A stretch of DNA of 64,000 bases from Bacteroidales bacterium (GTDB lineage Bacteria > Bacteroidota > Bacteroidia > Bacteroidales > M50B96): contig JAGYLP010000004.1 of the NCBI GenBank assembly GCA_018401015.1, positions 19,307-83,306 of the forward strand, in the 5' to 3' direction. Below, one piece after another: positions 37,285-47,500 of the stretch (position 1 is its first letter; every line of letters begins with the position of its first letter). Made by a program: the position numbers and the translations under genes. The notes under the pieces were generated by a model. The model made no database searches and was not told where the DNA came from. It saw nothing but the letters and a program-made list of their open reading frames with translations.

Positions 37285-38304
37285 ATGGGCATTACAATTT
37301 TAGGCATCGAATCGAGCTGCGACGACACATCGGCAGCGATTATTCGCGACAAACAACTTCTTTCGAATTACATTGCCAATCAGCAAGTGCACGAACGCTA
37401 TGGTGGTGTGGTTCCTGAATTGGCATCGCGTGCGCATCAGCAAAATATCATTCCGGTGGTCGATGCGGCCATTCACGAAGCCGGGATTGAATTGAACGAG
37501 ATTGATGCCATTGCTTTTACCAGAGGACCAGGTCTGCTGGGGTCCCTTTTGGTGGGAACCTCTTTTGCCAAAGGCTTCGCATTAGCACAAAACATCCCTT
37601 TGATTGAGGTGAATCATCTGCAAGGTCATGTGCTCAGTCTTTTTATTCAAGAGAAGGGAGTGCAGGAGGGAAAACCGAACTTTCCCTTCTTATGCTTACT
37701 TATTTCCGGAGGACACACCCAACTAATCGTAGTGCGCGATTATTTCGACATGGAGATAGTGGGAACAACCATCGACGATGCTGCCGGTGAGGCTTTCGAC
37801 AAATGTGCGAAAGTGATGGGACTTCCGTATCCCGGTGGCCCAATCATCGATCGGATGGCGCAGGAAGGGAATCCGCTATCTATCAAATTTAGCAAACCCC
37901 GAATAGAAGGGTTCAACTACAGTTTCAGTGGATTAAAAACCTCTTTCTTATACCATTTACGCGACGAAAAGAAAAAGGATCCTCACTACATCGAGGAGCA
38001 TCAAGCCGATTTATGTGCATCTCTCCAGCATACGATTGTAGAGATTTTAGCCGAAAAACTGATTCAAGCGGCCGCTCATTATGGAATACGGGAAATTGCT
38101 TTGGCGGGGGGAGTAGCCGCGAATTCCGGGATCCGGAAAAAGCTCCTGGATTTAGCCGAGGAACGATCCTGGAAAGTTCATCTGCCCCCTCATAAATACA
38201 CCACCGATAATGCTGCCATGATAGCTATTGCCGGCTACTACAAATACCTGCACGGCGAATTTGTGGGACAAGAAGTAGCTCCCTATGCACGTTCAAAATT
38301 TTAA
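37285..38304 (+). CDS. tsaD: tRNA N6-adenosine threonylcarbamoyltransferase
   Basis: ILGIESSCDDTS ... GGVAANS. ATG at 37285; the track start at 37264 is TTG. Confidence 0.93.
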   Translation: MGITILGIESSCDDTSAAIIRDKQLLSNYIANQQVHERYGGVVPELASRAHQQNIIPVVDAAIHEAGIELNEIDAIAFTRGPGLLGSLLVGTSFAKGFALAQNIPLIEVNHLQGHVLSLFIQEKGVQEGKPNFPFLCLLISGGHTQLIVVRDYFDMEIVGTTIDDAAGEAFDKCAKVMGLPYPGGPIIDRMAQEGNPLSIKFSKPRIEGFNYSFSGLKTSFLYHLRDEKKKDPHYIEEHQADLCASLQHTIVEILAEKLIQAAAHYGIREIALAGGVAANSGIRKKLLDLAEERSWKVHLPPHKYTTDNAAMIAIAGYYKYLHGEFVGQEVAPYARSKF

Positions 38305-38306
38305 CC

Positions 38307-38603
38307 ATGTTCAATCGTAAACCACAAAGTGATGCCGATTTTCTGAAGGAATGGGAAAATCTTCGTAAGAATAAAGCGACTTACATTCTGGTAAAAGGAA
38401 TCATCAGTTATGGTCTGGTTTTAGGCTTTGCTGTTGCCTTGCTCCTTTTTCTCTCCAAAGGGATTGATGCCGACCCCATGAAAGTGCTTCAGATCTTGCT
38501 GATTTTTTCCTTATTTGGAATGATACGAGCGTGGATCCGCTTTCAATTTTTCGAAAAACAATATCAAAAACTGAAAGAAACCCAGGAAGACGAAGCAAGC
38601 TAG
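38307..38603 (+). CDS. Small membrane protein, hypothetical
   Basis: 98 aa with two hydrophobic helices. It starts 2 nt after the tsaD stop. Confidence 0.45.
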   Translation: MFNRKPQSDADFLKEWENLRKNKATYILVKGIISYGLVLGFAVALLLFLSKGIDADPMKVLQILLIFSLFGMIRAWIRFQFFEKQYQKLKETQEDEAS

Positions 38604-40021
38604 AATTGCTGTTCCAGATGTTCTAATTTGATATTTAGATTGGTTCTTCCTTCAAAATGACGAGCGAGGTATTCGGCACAATACACCGACCGATGCTGTC
38701 CTCCGGTGCATCCAAAGCTTACCATTAAATGATGAAAGCCCCTTTGTAGGTAGTTTTCGACTCCTTGTTCTACAAGTTGAATGGCCTCTGCGAGGAATTT
38801 ATCCACTTCGGGCAACTTCCGCAGGTAATCAATAACCGGCTGATCCCTACCCGTTAGCAACTGATATTCCTTTTCGCGTCCGGGATTGGGCAAAATGCGG
38901 CAATCGAAGGCAAATCCTCCGCCATTTCCCGAAGGATCGGCAGGAAAACCTTTTCGATAAGAGAAACTTTGAATCCTTAATACCAAACCATTCGACTCAT
39001 TCTTCTCCGAAGGAACTACCTGAACTTTTTCGGCTGCTTGTAAAAGATGGTCGGTTAAGGCTGGGTACTGTTCTTGCGCAGATGCTTCCGCTAAGAGAAT
39101 CGGGAGTTGCTCGAAAGCCTTTGGTATCGACTCCAGGAAATGAGGTTTCTTCTCAAAATAGCCCCGGTAGCCATAAGCTCCCAAAACCTGTAAAAAGCGG
39201 ACTAAGCGATAGTAGTTCAATTCACGGTCGAACAGCACTGAATCGACACCGGTTCTCGCAAGAAACTCCTGTTTATAAACCTGAATCAATTCCTGTTGAA
39301 GCTCGTAAGGCATTTCCGCTTTTGCCTGAAAAACGAAAGAGACCAAATCGTACAAGGGAGAACCTTTCCTTCCACCTTGGTAGTCGATAAACCTGACGCC
39401 CTCATTTGTAATCATGATGTTGCGGGATTGGAAATCGCGCAACATGAAAAAATGAGGAAAATCGCGATTAAATGCATCTACAATGCGATTAAAATCATGC
39501 TCTAATCGCTCTTCGTCGAGATGTTCGAGAACTGGTTTGAGGAAATAATACTTGAAATAATTTAGGTCCCAACGAATCGATTGCTCATCCATAATGGCGC
39601 GTGGATAAGCCACAGAATAGTCCAGCAAGCGATCGCCTTCGATTTGCAAACGGAGCAGTTCGCGTGTACTTTCCTGGAAAAGACTTTTCACTTCGCTGGT
39701 CCATCCTGATTTCTTCAGCAGGTTAAAAAGGATTTCATCGCCCAGATCTTCTTGAAGATAAAATTCCTCTTCGGGCTCGATTGCCAGAAAGCGCGGAACC
39801 CGGAGGTTCAAGGAATTGAAATGCTTTGAAAAAGCTACAAAGGCTCGATTTTCTTTTACATTGGGATTATAGGCAGCTAAGAGAGACTCACCTTTCGCAT
39901 TAAAAATACGATAATACTTACGGTTACTACCGGCTCCAGGAAGTTCGAGGATGGATTGCACCTCAAACTGCTGAAAATCCTTTGCGAGTTGCTGAATGCG
40001 ATGGATAGCGTTTTGATTCAT
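38600..40021 (-). CDS. Fusion of an AmgK/APH-like (eukaryotic-like fold) kinase domain and a RapZ C-terminal domain
   Basis: The N-terminal half has Brenner-type LRDFQSRNIM and IDYQGG...PLYDLVSFV, resembling the remembered AmgK pattern HRDxHSRNLM...DFQDA..GP..YDLvSLL. The C-terminal half has SFSYRKGFPAD...FDCRILPNP...TGRD.PV..YL...SFGCTGGQHRSVYCAEYLA, which aligns by eye to E. coli RapZ residues about 160-284. No P-loop is present. Confidence 0.75.
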   Translation of the reverse strand: MNQNAIHRIQQLAKDFQQFEVQSILELPGAGSNRKYYRIFNAKGESLLAAYNPNVKENRAFVAFSKHFNSLNLRVPRFLAIEPEEEFYLQEDLGDEILFNLLKKSGWTSEVKSLFQESTRELLRLQIEGDRLLDYSVAYPRAIMDEQSIRWDLNYFKYYFLKPVLEHLDEERLEHDFNRIVDAFNRDFPHFFMLRDFQSRNIMITNEGVRFIDYQGGRKGSPLYDLVSFVFQAKAEMPYELQQELIQVYKQEFLARTGVDSVLFDRELNYYRLVRFLQVLGAYGYRGYFEKKPHFLESIPKAFEQLPILLAEASAQEQYPALTDHLLQAAEKVQVVPSEKNESNGLVLRIQSFSYRKGFPADPSGNGGGFAFDCRILPNPGREKEYQLLTGRDQPVIDYLRKLPEVDKFLAEAIQLVEQGVENYLQRGFHHLMVSFGCTGGQHRSVYCAEYLARHFEGRTNLNIKLEHLEQQF

Positions 40022-40040
40022 GGGTATGAATTAATTTCGC

Positions 40041-40048
40041 ACAAAGGT
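40041..40048 (-). promoter_or_regulatory. Bacteroidota -7 box (TACCTTTG on the minus strand)
   Basis: CAAAGGTA on the plus strand, 20 nt upstream of ATG 40021. Confidence 0.45.
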
Positions 40049-40147
40049 AGGAAAGCCGCGTGAGAATGAGCGGTTGAACCATCATTTTCACTATCATTAC
40101 TCCGAAAAATAATGGAGTAAATTAATTCCCGAAAGGTTTCTTCCGGC

Positions 40148-42064
40148 ATGAGCAAATACACCGAAATTCTCGAAAAACACTGGGGTTATCCTTCCTTCAG
40201 AGAGAAACAGGAAGAGATAGTCGAAGCGGTAGGATCCGGGAAAGATGTGCTCGGTCTGTTACCGACTGGCGGCGGCAAATCGATTACTTTTCAAGTGCCT
40301 GCTTTGGCAACCGAAGGGATTTGTTTGGTAGTTACTCCCCTCATTGCCTTGATGAAAGACCAGGTCGAGAATCTTCGTCAACGAGGAATCAAAGCCATGG
40401 CCGTTTATTCCGGCATGACTCGCCATGAAATGAAAGTTGCCTTCGACAACGCCGCTTACGGTAACTACAAATTCCTTTATTTATCGCCCGAACGGCTGGG
40501 CACCAAGTATTTTCAAGAGCAATTGGGTAAACTCCAGGTTAATCTGTTGGCCATCGACGAAGCTCACTGCATTTCGCAATGGGGCTATGATTTTCGACCT
40601 TCTTATTTGAAAATTGCCGACATTCGATCCTCTCTTCCAAACGTTCCTGTTTTAGCGCTTACTGCAACGGCCACTCCCAAGGTGGTAAACGATATTATGG
40701 AAAAACTTGCCTTTCGGGAGAAGCTCGTTTTTCAAAAAAGTTTCGAGCGCAAAAACCTGGCTTATGTAGTGAGGCAAGTGGACGATAAACAAAAGCATTT
40801 ATTGAAGATTATTCAATCCATCCCAGGAACCGGAGTGGTGTATGTTCGCAATCGGAAGGCAACACGCGAGGTAGCTCAGTTCCTTAATGAACAAGGCTTT
40901 TCGGCCGATTTTTACCACGCTGGATTAAGCGCCGCTATTCGCGATCGGAGGCAAGCTGACTGGAAAGAGGATCGCACCCGAATCATTGTTTCGACCAATG
41001 CGTTTGGCATGGGAATCGACAAGCCCGATGTGCGTTTCGTCGTTCACCTCGACCTGCCCGACTCGCTCGAGGCCTATTTTCAGGAAGCAGGACGTGGCGG
41101 ACGCGACGGAGAGAAAGCCTATGCGGTTTTGCTTTACAACAAAAGCGATGAGAAGGCCATGAAGATGCGCTTTACCAAGTCCTTTCCTCCGCGAGATAAA
41201 ATCAAAGAAATCTACCAGCTACTGAGCAATTATCTTCAAGTTGCTTTAGGAGAAGGGAAGAACCAAAGTTATGAGTTCGATTTCTCCGATTTTATCAAGA
41301 AGTTTAAACTCGATGCCATGATTGCTTTTCATGCTATCAAATTCCTCGAGCAGGAAGGGTATCTTAGCTTGAGCGATGATCTAAATAACCCGTCGCGGCT
41401 TATCTTTTTAGTAGAACGCGACGATCTTTACCGGTTTCAGGTGGCCAATATTCGATACGACACGTTAATCAAGCTCATCCTGCGATCTTACACGGGTTTA
41501 TTCAACGATTACATTAAAATCGATGAATCATTTTTAGCGAGTAAGCTTGGAATTAGTCGCGACGAACTCTACGAGATGCTAAAATACCTTACGCGACTCA
41601 AAATTATCAACTACATTCCATCGAATTCCTCCCCTCTGATCACCTATTTAAAAGAGCGACTCGAAAACTCCTTGCTCTATTTGAGCAAAGAACACTACGA
41701 TTCGCGAAAGAAGAATTATGCCGACAAACTACAGGCAGCTCTTCATTATGCCAATAATCCCTATCGATGTCGAAGCCAAATGTTATTGGAATATTTTGGC
41801 GATGAGAGCGCTAAGCGTTGTGGGCAGTGCGATTATTGTTTGCGAAAAACAGAGCATAATTTGACCCAATTCGAATACGACAGCCTGATTGAATCGATAC
41901 ACGACCACTTGAGTAAATCACCTCAACCATTAGAAAAACTGGTCGATTCAATCGATTTCATTCCCAACAAAAGCATTCAGGTTATCCGCTATTTAATAGA
42001 TGAAGGACAGCTTCGCTACCGAGCGGATAATTGTTTGGAGCTTACCGGTAAATTGTTTTCATAA
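40148..42064 (+). CDS. recQ: RecQ-family ATP-dependent DNA helicase
   Basis: Motif I LPTGGGKS. DEAH box AIDEAHCISQWGYDFRPSY. TATAT. Zn-binding CRSQ...CGQCDYC. Confidence 0.9.
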   Translation: MSKYTEILEKHWGYPSFREKQEEIVEAVGSGKDVLGLLPTGGGKSITFQVPALATEGICLVVTPLIALMKDQVENLRQRGIKAMAVYSGMTRHEMKVAFDNAAYGNYKFLYLSPERLGTKYFQEQLGKLQVNLLAIDEAHCISQWGYDFRPSYLKIADIRSSLPNVPVLALTATATPKVVNDIMEKLAFREKLVFQKSFERKNLAYVVRQVDDKQKHLLKIIQSIPGTGVVYVRNRKATREVAQFLNEQGFSADFYHAGLSAAIRDRRQADWKEDRTRIIVSTNAFGMGIDKPDVRFVVHLDLPDSLEAYFQEAGRGGRDGEKAYAVLLYNKSDEKAMKMRFTKSFPPRDKIKEIYQLLSNYLQVALGEGKNQSYEFDFSDFIKKFKLDAMIAFHAIKFLEQEGYLSLSDDLNNPSRLIFLVERDDLYRFQVANIRYDTLIKLILRSYTGLFNDYIKIDESFLASKLGISRDELYEMLKYLTRLKIINYIPSNSSPLITYLKERLENSLLYLSKEHYDSRKKNYADKLQAALHYANNPYRCRSQMLLEYFGDESAKRCGQCDYCLRKTEHNLTQFEYDSLIESIHDHLSKSPQPLEKLVDSIDFIPNKSIQVIRYLIDEGQLRYRADNCLELTGKLFS

Positions 42065-42112
42065 AAAGCTAATTTCGCCGCTAGAATTTGCAGAAGCATA
42101 TCAGCTTAATTT

Positions 42113-42673
42113 ATGACACAAACACATTTATCGAAAGAAGTAGTTGAATTTGTAACCGTATCGGCCGAATACGTCCGATTTGTCGAAAATGGAGAAAAGC
42201 TCAAATTGCCCGAACTCATTTCGATTAGCCAAAAATTATTGTCCCTTCTTTATTTAAAGGCCTCCCTTCTGCCCGAGATTGAACCGGAGGAAGAAGAAGA
42301 TATTCCAAAATTTGTTACCGAATCGGATTGGAATTTTGTGAAGAACAGCTTATCCAAGACCCTCGACGATCTCGACATTTATATCACCATTCATGAGCCT
42401 ATGATGGCAATTGAGCGCGAAGGACTTCAAATATGCCTATCGGAATGCTATGCCGACATTTATCAGGACTTAGCCGATTTCCTTCAGGCTTATCGCATTG
42501 GTACGGAAGGAATGATGAACGATGCAGCCTGGATTTGCAAGCAAAACTTTGAGCAATTCTGGGGAACCCGTTTACTAGGGCTAATCAGTGCCCTGCACCA
42601 GATTAAGTATGGTCGCGACCTCATGGATTTGGAGTCCGAATCGGATGATTCGTTCAACGAGCAAGATGATTAA
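42113..42673 (+). CDS. Acidic hypothetical protein (DUF5063-like)
   Basis: 186 aa. The family was assigned from remembered synteny (recQ, then this gene, then the exonuclease in Bacteroidia) and from size. It was not searched. Confidence 0.5.
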   Translation: MTQTHLSKEVVEFVTVSAEYVRFVENGEKLKLPELISISQKLLSLLYLKASLLPEIEPEEEEDIPKFVTESDWNFVKNSLSKTLDDLDIYITIHEPMMAIEREGLQICLSECYADIYQDLADFLQAYRIGTEGMMNDAAWICKQNFEQFWGTRLLGLISALHQIKYGRDLMDLESESDDSFNEQDD

Positions 42674-43268
42674 TTCCATGGCCAGTCCGTTTTTATCTCA
42701 CATCGAAAAAGAAGCCATAGCCGAGCTACCTTTGCGCGCATTTGAAGGGCGTATTGTGATGATTGACCGTTTGCATCAACTAGCTTCGATTGAGCCGGAA
42801 TTACGCAAAGCGCGGGTTCTTGGGTTCGACACCGAAACTAAACCAAGCTTCAAAAAAGGAGCACACAATCAGCACACGGTAGCCCTTCTGCAACTGGCTA
42901 CCGAATCGACTGCTTATTTGTTCCGTCTTCATCAAGTGGGTTTGCCTCCGCTCATCCGCGAAGTTCTTTCCAATCCGGAGGTTATCAAAGTAGGCGTTGC
43001 CTTAAGCAACGATTTCACCCCCTTGCAAAAGCTCGGTAAATTTGAGCCTTCCGGCTTCATTGATCTACAAAGTTTTTCGAACCAATTTGGCATCGAAGAC
43101 TCTGGACTCAAAAAGCTGGCAGCCATTGTTTTACAAATCCGCATCTCCAAAAACCAACAACTTTCTAATTGGGAGGATGCCCATTTGAGCGAAGCCCAGC
43201 AACTCTACGCCGCTACCGATGCCTGGGTTTGCCTCGCCATTTATCAAAAACTACTCGCTACCCGATAA
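42666..43268 (+). CDS. 3'-5' exonuclease (DnaQ fold, RNase D/WRN-exonuclease family)
   Basis: ExoI LGFDTETKP, ExoII ...KVGVALSND, ExoIII YAATDAWV. ATG 42666 overlaps the previous stop by 8 nt. Confidence 0.85.
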   Translation: MINSMASPFLSHIEKEAIAELPLRAFEGRIVMIDRLHQLASIEPELRKARVLGFDTETKPSFKKGAHNQHTVALLQLATESTAYLFRLHQVGLPPLIREVLSNPEVIKVGVALSNDFTPLQKLGKFEPSGFIDLQSFSNQFGIEDSGLKKLAAIVLQIRISKNQQLSNWEDAHLSEAQQLYAATDAWVCLAIYQKLLATR

Positions 43269-43279
43269 ACATTTGTACA

Positions 43280-44458
43280 TTGAAACAGCTTCAACTTCTT
43301 CCTAAAAAAGAAAACGCTCTTTTCAGGCGTCATCCGTGGATTTTTTCCGGGGCATTGAAGAAAACCAAATTGTCGCCCCAAGAAGGTGAACTCGTGCAAG
43401 TTTATAGCGATGCCGGCGACTACATGGCCACCGGACATTATCAAATCGGGTCCATAGCCGTTCGGATTCTCAGCTTTGCGCATGAAGAAATCGACCTTTC
43501 CTTCTATACCCGACGATTACAAGCAGCCCTAGACTTGCGTATCCAGTTGCAATTGTGGGATAAACCAGAACACAGCATGCTCCGATTGGTGCATGGTGAA
43601 GGTGATTTTTTACCGGGCCTTATCATCGACCTTTATCATACCACCGCGGTGGTTCAATTTCATTCGATTGGCATGTATCTGGACCGAAACATGATTTACG
43701 AAGCATTGAAACACGTACTTGGAGTGCGCTTGGAGGCTATTTATTGCAAAAGTGCCCATACCCTACCTTTCAAAGCCGACCTCGGAGCTGAGGATGAATT
43801 CGTGTTTGGAAATAGCAGCGATACCATCGCTCAGGAATACGGTTTAAGCTTCCGAATCGATTGGATTCAAGGACAGAAAACCGGTTTTTTCATCGATCAG
43901 CGCGAGAATCGACGGTTGGTAGAATTTTATGCTCACAACAAGCGCGTTTTAAACCTATTTGGATTTACGGGAGGGTTCTCCTTGTATGCCTTACGCGGTG
44001 GAGCCAAGGAAGTGCATACTGTAGATAGCTCCGAGCGAGCGATCCAGCTGAGTTTGGAGAATGTTGCGCTTAATTTTCCCAAAGAAACACGCCATACGGC
44101 ATATCAAACCGATGCTTTTGATTTTTTGAATGGTATGGATCAAGCTTACGACCTTATTATTTTAGATCCGCCCGCCTTTGCCAAGCATCAAAAAGCATTG
44201 CACAATGCGCTCGTTGCCTATAAGCGAATCAATGCCAAAGCGATTCGAAACCTTTCGTCTGGTGGAATTTTATTCACCTTCAGTTGCTCCCAGGCAGTAT
44301 CGAAAGAAGAATTCAGGAAATCGGTTTTTGCGGCTGCCGCTCAATCGGGGCGCGAAGTACAAATCCTCCACCAGTTAGGACAACCGGCCGATCATCCCAT
44401 CAGTATTTATCACCCCGAAGGCGAATACCTCAAAGGACTTGTTTTGAGAATTTTATAA
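43280..44458 (+). CDS. RlmI-like class I SAM-dependent rRNA methyltransferase (PUA-like N-terminus)
   Basis: An in-frame TTG at 43280 gives MKQLQLLPKKENALFRRHPWIFSGAL, typical of this family. The track start at 43169 would overlap the exonuclease gene by 100 nt. SAM motif LNLFGFTGGFS; ILDPPAF. Confidence 0.85.
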   Translation: MKQLQLLPKKENALFRRHPWIFSGALKKTKLSPQEGELVQVYSDAGDYMATGHYQIGSIAVRILSFAHEEIDLSFYTRRLQAALDLRIQLQLWDKPEHSMLRLVHGEGDFLPGLIIDLYHTTAVVQFHSIGMYLDRNMIYEALKHVLGVRLEAIYCKSAHTLPFKADLGAEDEFVFGNSSDTIAQEYGLSFRIDWIQGQKTGFFIDQRENRRLVEFYAHNKRVLNLFGFTGGFSLYALRGGAKEVHTVDSSERAIQLSLENVALNFPKETRHTAYQTDAFDFLNGMDQAYDLIILDPPAFAKHQKALHNALVAYKRINAKAIRNLSSGGILFTFSCSQAVSKEEFRKSVFAAAAQSGREVQILHQLGQPADHPISIYHPEGEYLKGLVLRIL

Positions 44459-44563
44459 CCAGACCAAAGGATTAAAACATATTTAACAACTTCCCTTTCT
44501 CCAGCTCATAGAAAGGTTATATTTTGCAAGACGAATTACTGCAAGCAATTACTAATAAAATCA

Positions 44564-47500
44564 ATGAACAACATGAAAAAAAACTACGTTTTTAGTCTGC
44601 TTATCGCTGCTTTGTTTTCGCTTAGCGCATTTGCACAAACCAGTTCCCTGAATCTCGATTTTGAGAGTTGGGACAACACGACCTACCCCAATCCAACTTC
44701 CTGGGATTCTCCCAATGCTACTATTGCCGGAATCATGTCGACCGACTGGGTTCTAATGCAAGAAACCGGTTCCGTTGTTAACGGCACCTCTGCCCTCAAA
44801 TTAGAATCAAAAACCATTACCATTCCCCTCTTTGGGAATGTGGATATTCCCGGATTTGCTACCCTCGGTACGCTGGATGTAAACACCATGACCCAAACCT
44901 ACAGCATCAATGGTGGCGAACCCTTTACCGATCGCCCCGACAAATTATTAGGTTCTTTCCTCTACAATCCCGTGGGCTCCGACCAATGTGTGGTTGAAGT
45001 AGTCTTATTGAATTACAATGAAGCAACCAGCACTATTATCGATACTATCGGATACGGTTCTTTCGTTGGGAATGCTACCACCGCATGGGAGAACTTCGAG
45101 GTGATGATCAATTACACCTCAACCGCAACTCCCAACTACGTCAACATCAATTTAGTTGCCTCCTACCCCGAACCAGTCGATGGTTCAACGCTTTGGGTCG
45201 ATGATTTATCTTTTTTCACCGCACCGGTTAGCACCGGCGACTTATTCTTTTCGGAATATGTAGAAGGAAGTAGCAATAACAAAGGACTGGAAATTTACAA
45301 TCCTAGTTCCAGCCCGATTGCACTCGACAATTACCAAATTGCTCAAACGAACAATGGTTCCGACTGGATTTATTTCCATACTTTCCCGGCAGGTGCGAGC
45401 ATTGCTCCAGGCGATGTTTGGGTTATTGCCAATGCCGCTATCAATGCAGCTATTTTTGATATCAGCAATGCCGACGAGGTTTTACCCTACCCAAGTGTAG
45501 TTCATCACAACGGTAATGATGGTCGTGCCCTCATCAAAATTCAAGGAACCGACACTATTTTCATCGATGTAATCGGCGAAGCTAATTTTGACCCGGGTAC
45601 TGGTTGGGACGTTGCCGGAGTTGCCTCGGGTACTGCTAACCACACCCTCATTCGCAAACCTTCCATCATGCAAGGAAATACCGATTGGGCTGCTTCGGCA
45701 GGAACCGACGCTATCAACTCTGAATGGATTGTTGAAGCAAGCGATTACATCAATTTAGGAACACACACTACCGGAGCCAGCATGCCTCAAGTGGCTATCA
45801 CTTCTCCGGCCGATGGAGAAACCATTTTCTCCACCGACCTAACCGTTGAATTCTCCGTAAGTAATTTTTCAGTTGGCGCTGTTGGTAGTGGAGCCGACGG
45901 CCACCTGCATTATGTTCTCAACACTGGAACTCCTGTGATGCAGTACGATCTTAATCCGATCGAATTCACCGCCCTACCTTACGGAACTCATACTTTCGTA
46001 CTTTGGTTAGTCGATGATAATCACCAGGAATTAGTTCCTCCGGTTGGCGACACCATTACCTTTACCCTGGCAGAAAGTAATCTGGCCGAAATTGTTTCCT
46101 TCAGTGTTCCCGGACAAGTTGGATCGGCCATTATCGACAATGCTCAATCGACCGTAACTGCCTATGTTGCTGCCGGAACCGCCCTTACTTCGCTCGTTCC
46201 TACCATCGAAGTTTCCGATTTCGCCAGCATTAACCCAGCTTCGGGTGTAGCTCAAGATTTCACCAGTGCTGTAAGCTATACGGTTACCGCCCAAGACGGA
46301 ACCATCCGCACTTGGGAAGTGAGCGTTGCCGACCAGCCGGAAGGAACCCTTTTCTTCTCGGAATATGTGGAAGGAAGCAGCAATAACAAAGGACTGGAAA
46401 TTTACAATCCAACCGCTGGTCCAATCTCCCTCGACGATTACCAAATTGCTCAAACCAGCAATGGTAGTGGCTGGACCTATTTCCATACCTTCCCGGCTGG
46501 TGCTTCCATTGCCGCTGGTGATGTTTGGGTAATCATTACCGACCAAATGAATTCCGCCTTGTTCTCGGCTGCCGATGCCGACGAAGTTTTGTCCTTCCCC
46601 AGCGTTGTGCATTATAATGGCAACGATGCCAGAGCTCTCATCAAGATTCAAGGATCCGACACTACGATTGTCGACCAGATTGGAGTACCCGATATCGATC
46701 CAGGTGGTGGTTGGGATGTTGCCGGTGTAAGCGAAGGAACGTTAAACCACACCTTAATCCGTAAACCTGAAATTATTGTAGGAAACGACGATTGGGCTGC
46801 TTCGGCTGGTACCGATGCTGCCAACTCGGAATGGATTGTAGAAGCAATCGATTACATCAACCTGGGAACGCATTATACCGGAGGAAACATGGCACCATCA
46901 ATCACAGGCGTTACCTTCATTCCTGCCTCCATTACCGATGCCGATACGGTAATCGTTGCAGCGACTATTACCGATGCCGATGGAACCGTTGCCAGCGTTA
47001 GTTTCGCCTGGGGTCTCGATGGAATCAATTTCCCAAACAGCATGACTCTGACGAATTTATTCGATGTTTACACGACTATACCTAATGCTATTCCTGCTCA
47101 GGCTCAAGGAACTACCGTTTACATCCAATACATTGCAACCGACGATTTAGGTGCTGAATCCATCTACATCGGGCAATACACCGTTATTTCCGACCCGGTA
47201 GAAACCAGCATTTATGAAATTCAAGGTCAGGCTGCTGCATCGCCTTTAAATGGTCAGATTGTCACTACCAGTGGAATTGTAACCGGACTTTTACCCGGCA
47301 GCTCACAAGGATATTTCATCCAAGATGGCGATGGAGCATGGAACGGAATTTTTGTGTACGACAATGTAAACCTACCTGCTGTAGGCGACGAGATTGAAGT
47401 TACAGCTTTGGTCCATGAATACTACGATTTGACCGAATTGAAGGAAGTAAGTGCCTTTGTTGTTATCTCTTCAGGCAATACCCTTCCTAATCCTAGTATT

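Noticed and set aside
43169-43279. The long N-terminal extensions given by the ORF track for the RlmI-like gene (43169), the lipoprotein (27187), the TPR protein (33406) and the exonuclease (42588)
   Set aside because: Each extension overlaps the preceding gene by 80-180 nt and lacks family similarity. An internal start (TTG 43280, ATG 27103, ATG 33583, ATG 42666) gives canonical N-termini or signal peptides.
46031-46651. A 206-aa antisense ORF inside the LTD-repeat gene
   Set aside because: It is a shadow ORF opposite a strongly supported 1150-aa gene and has no recognisable motifs.
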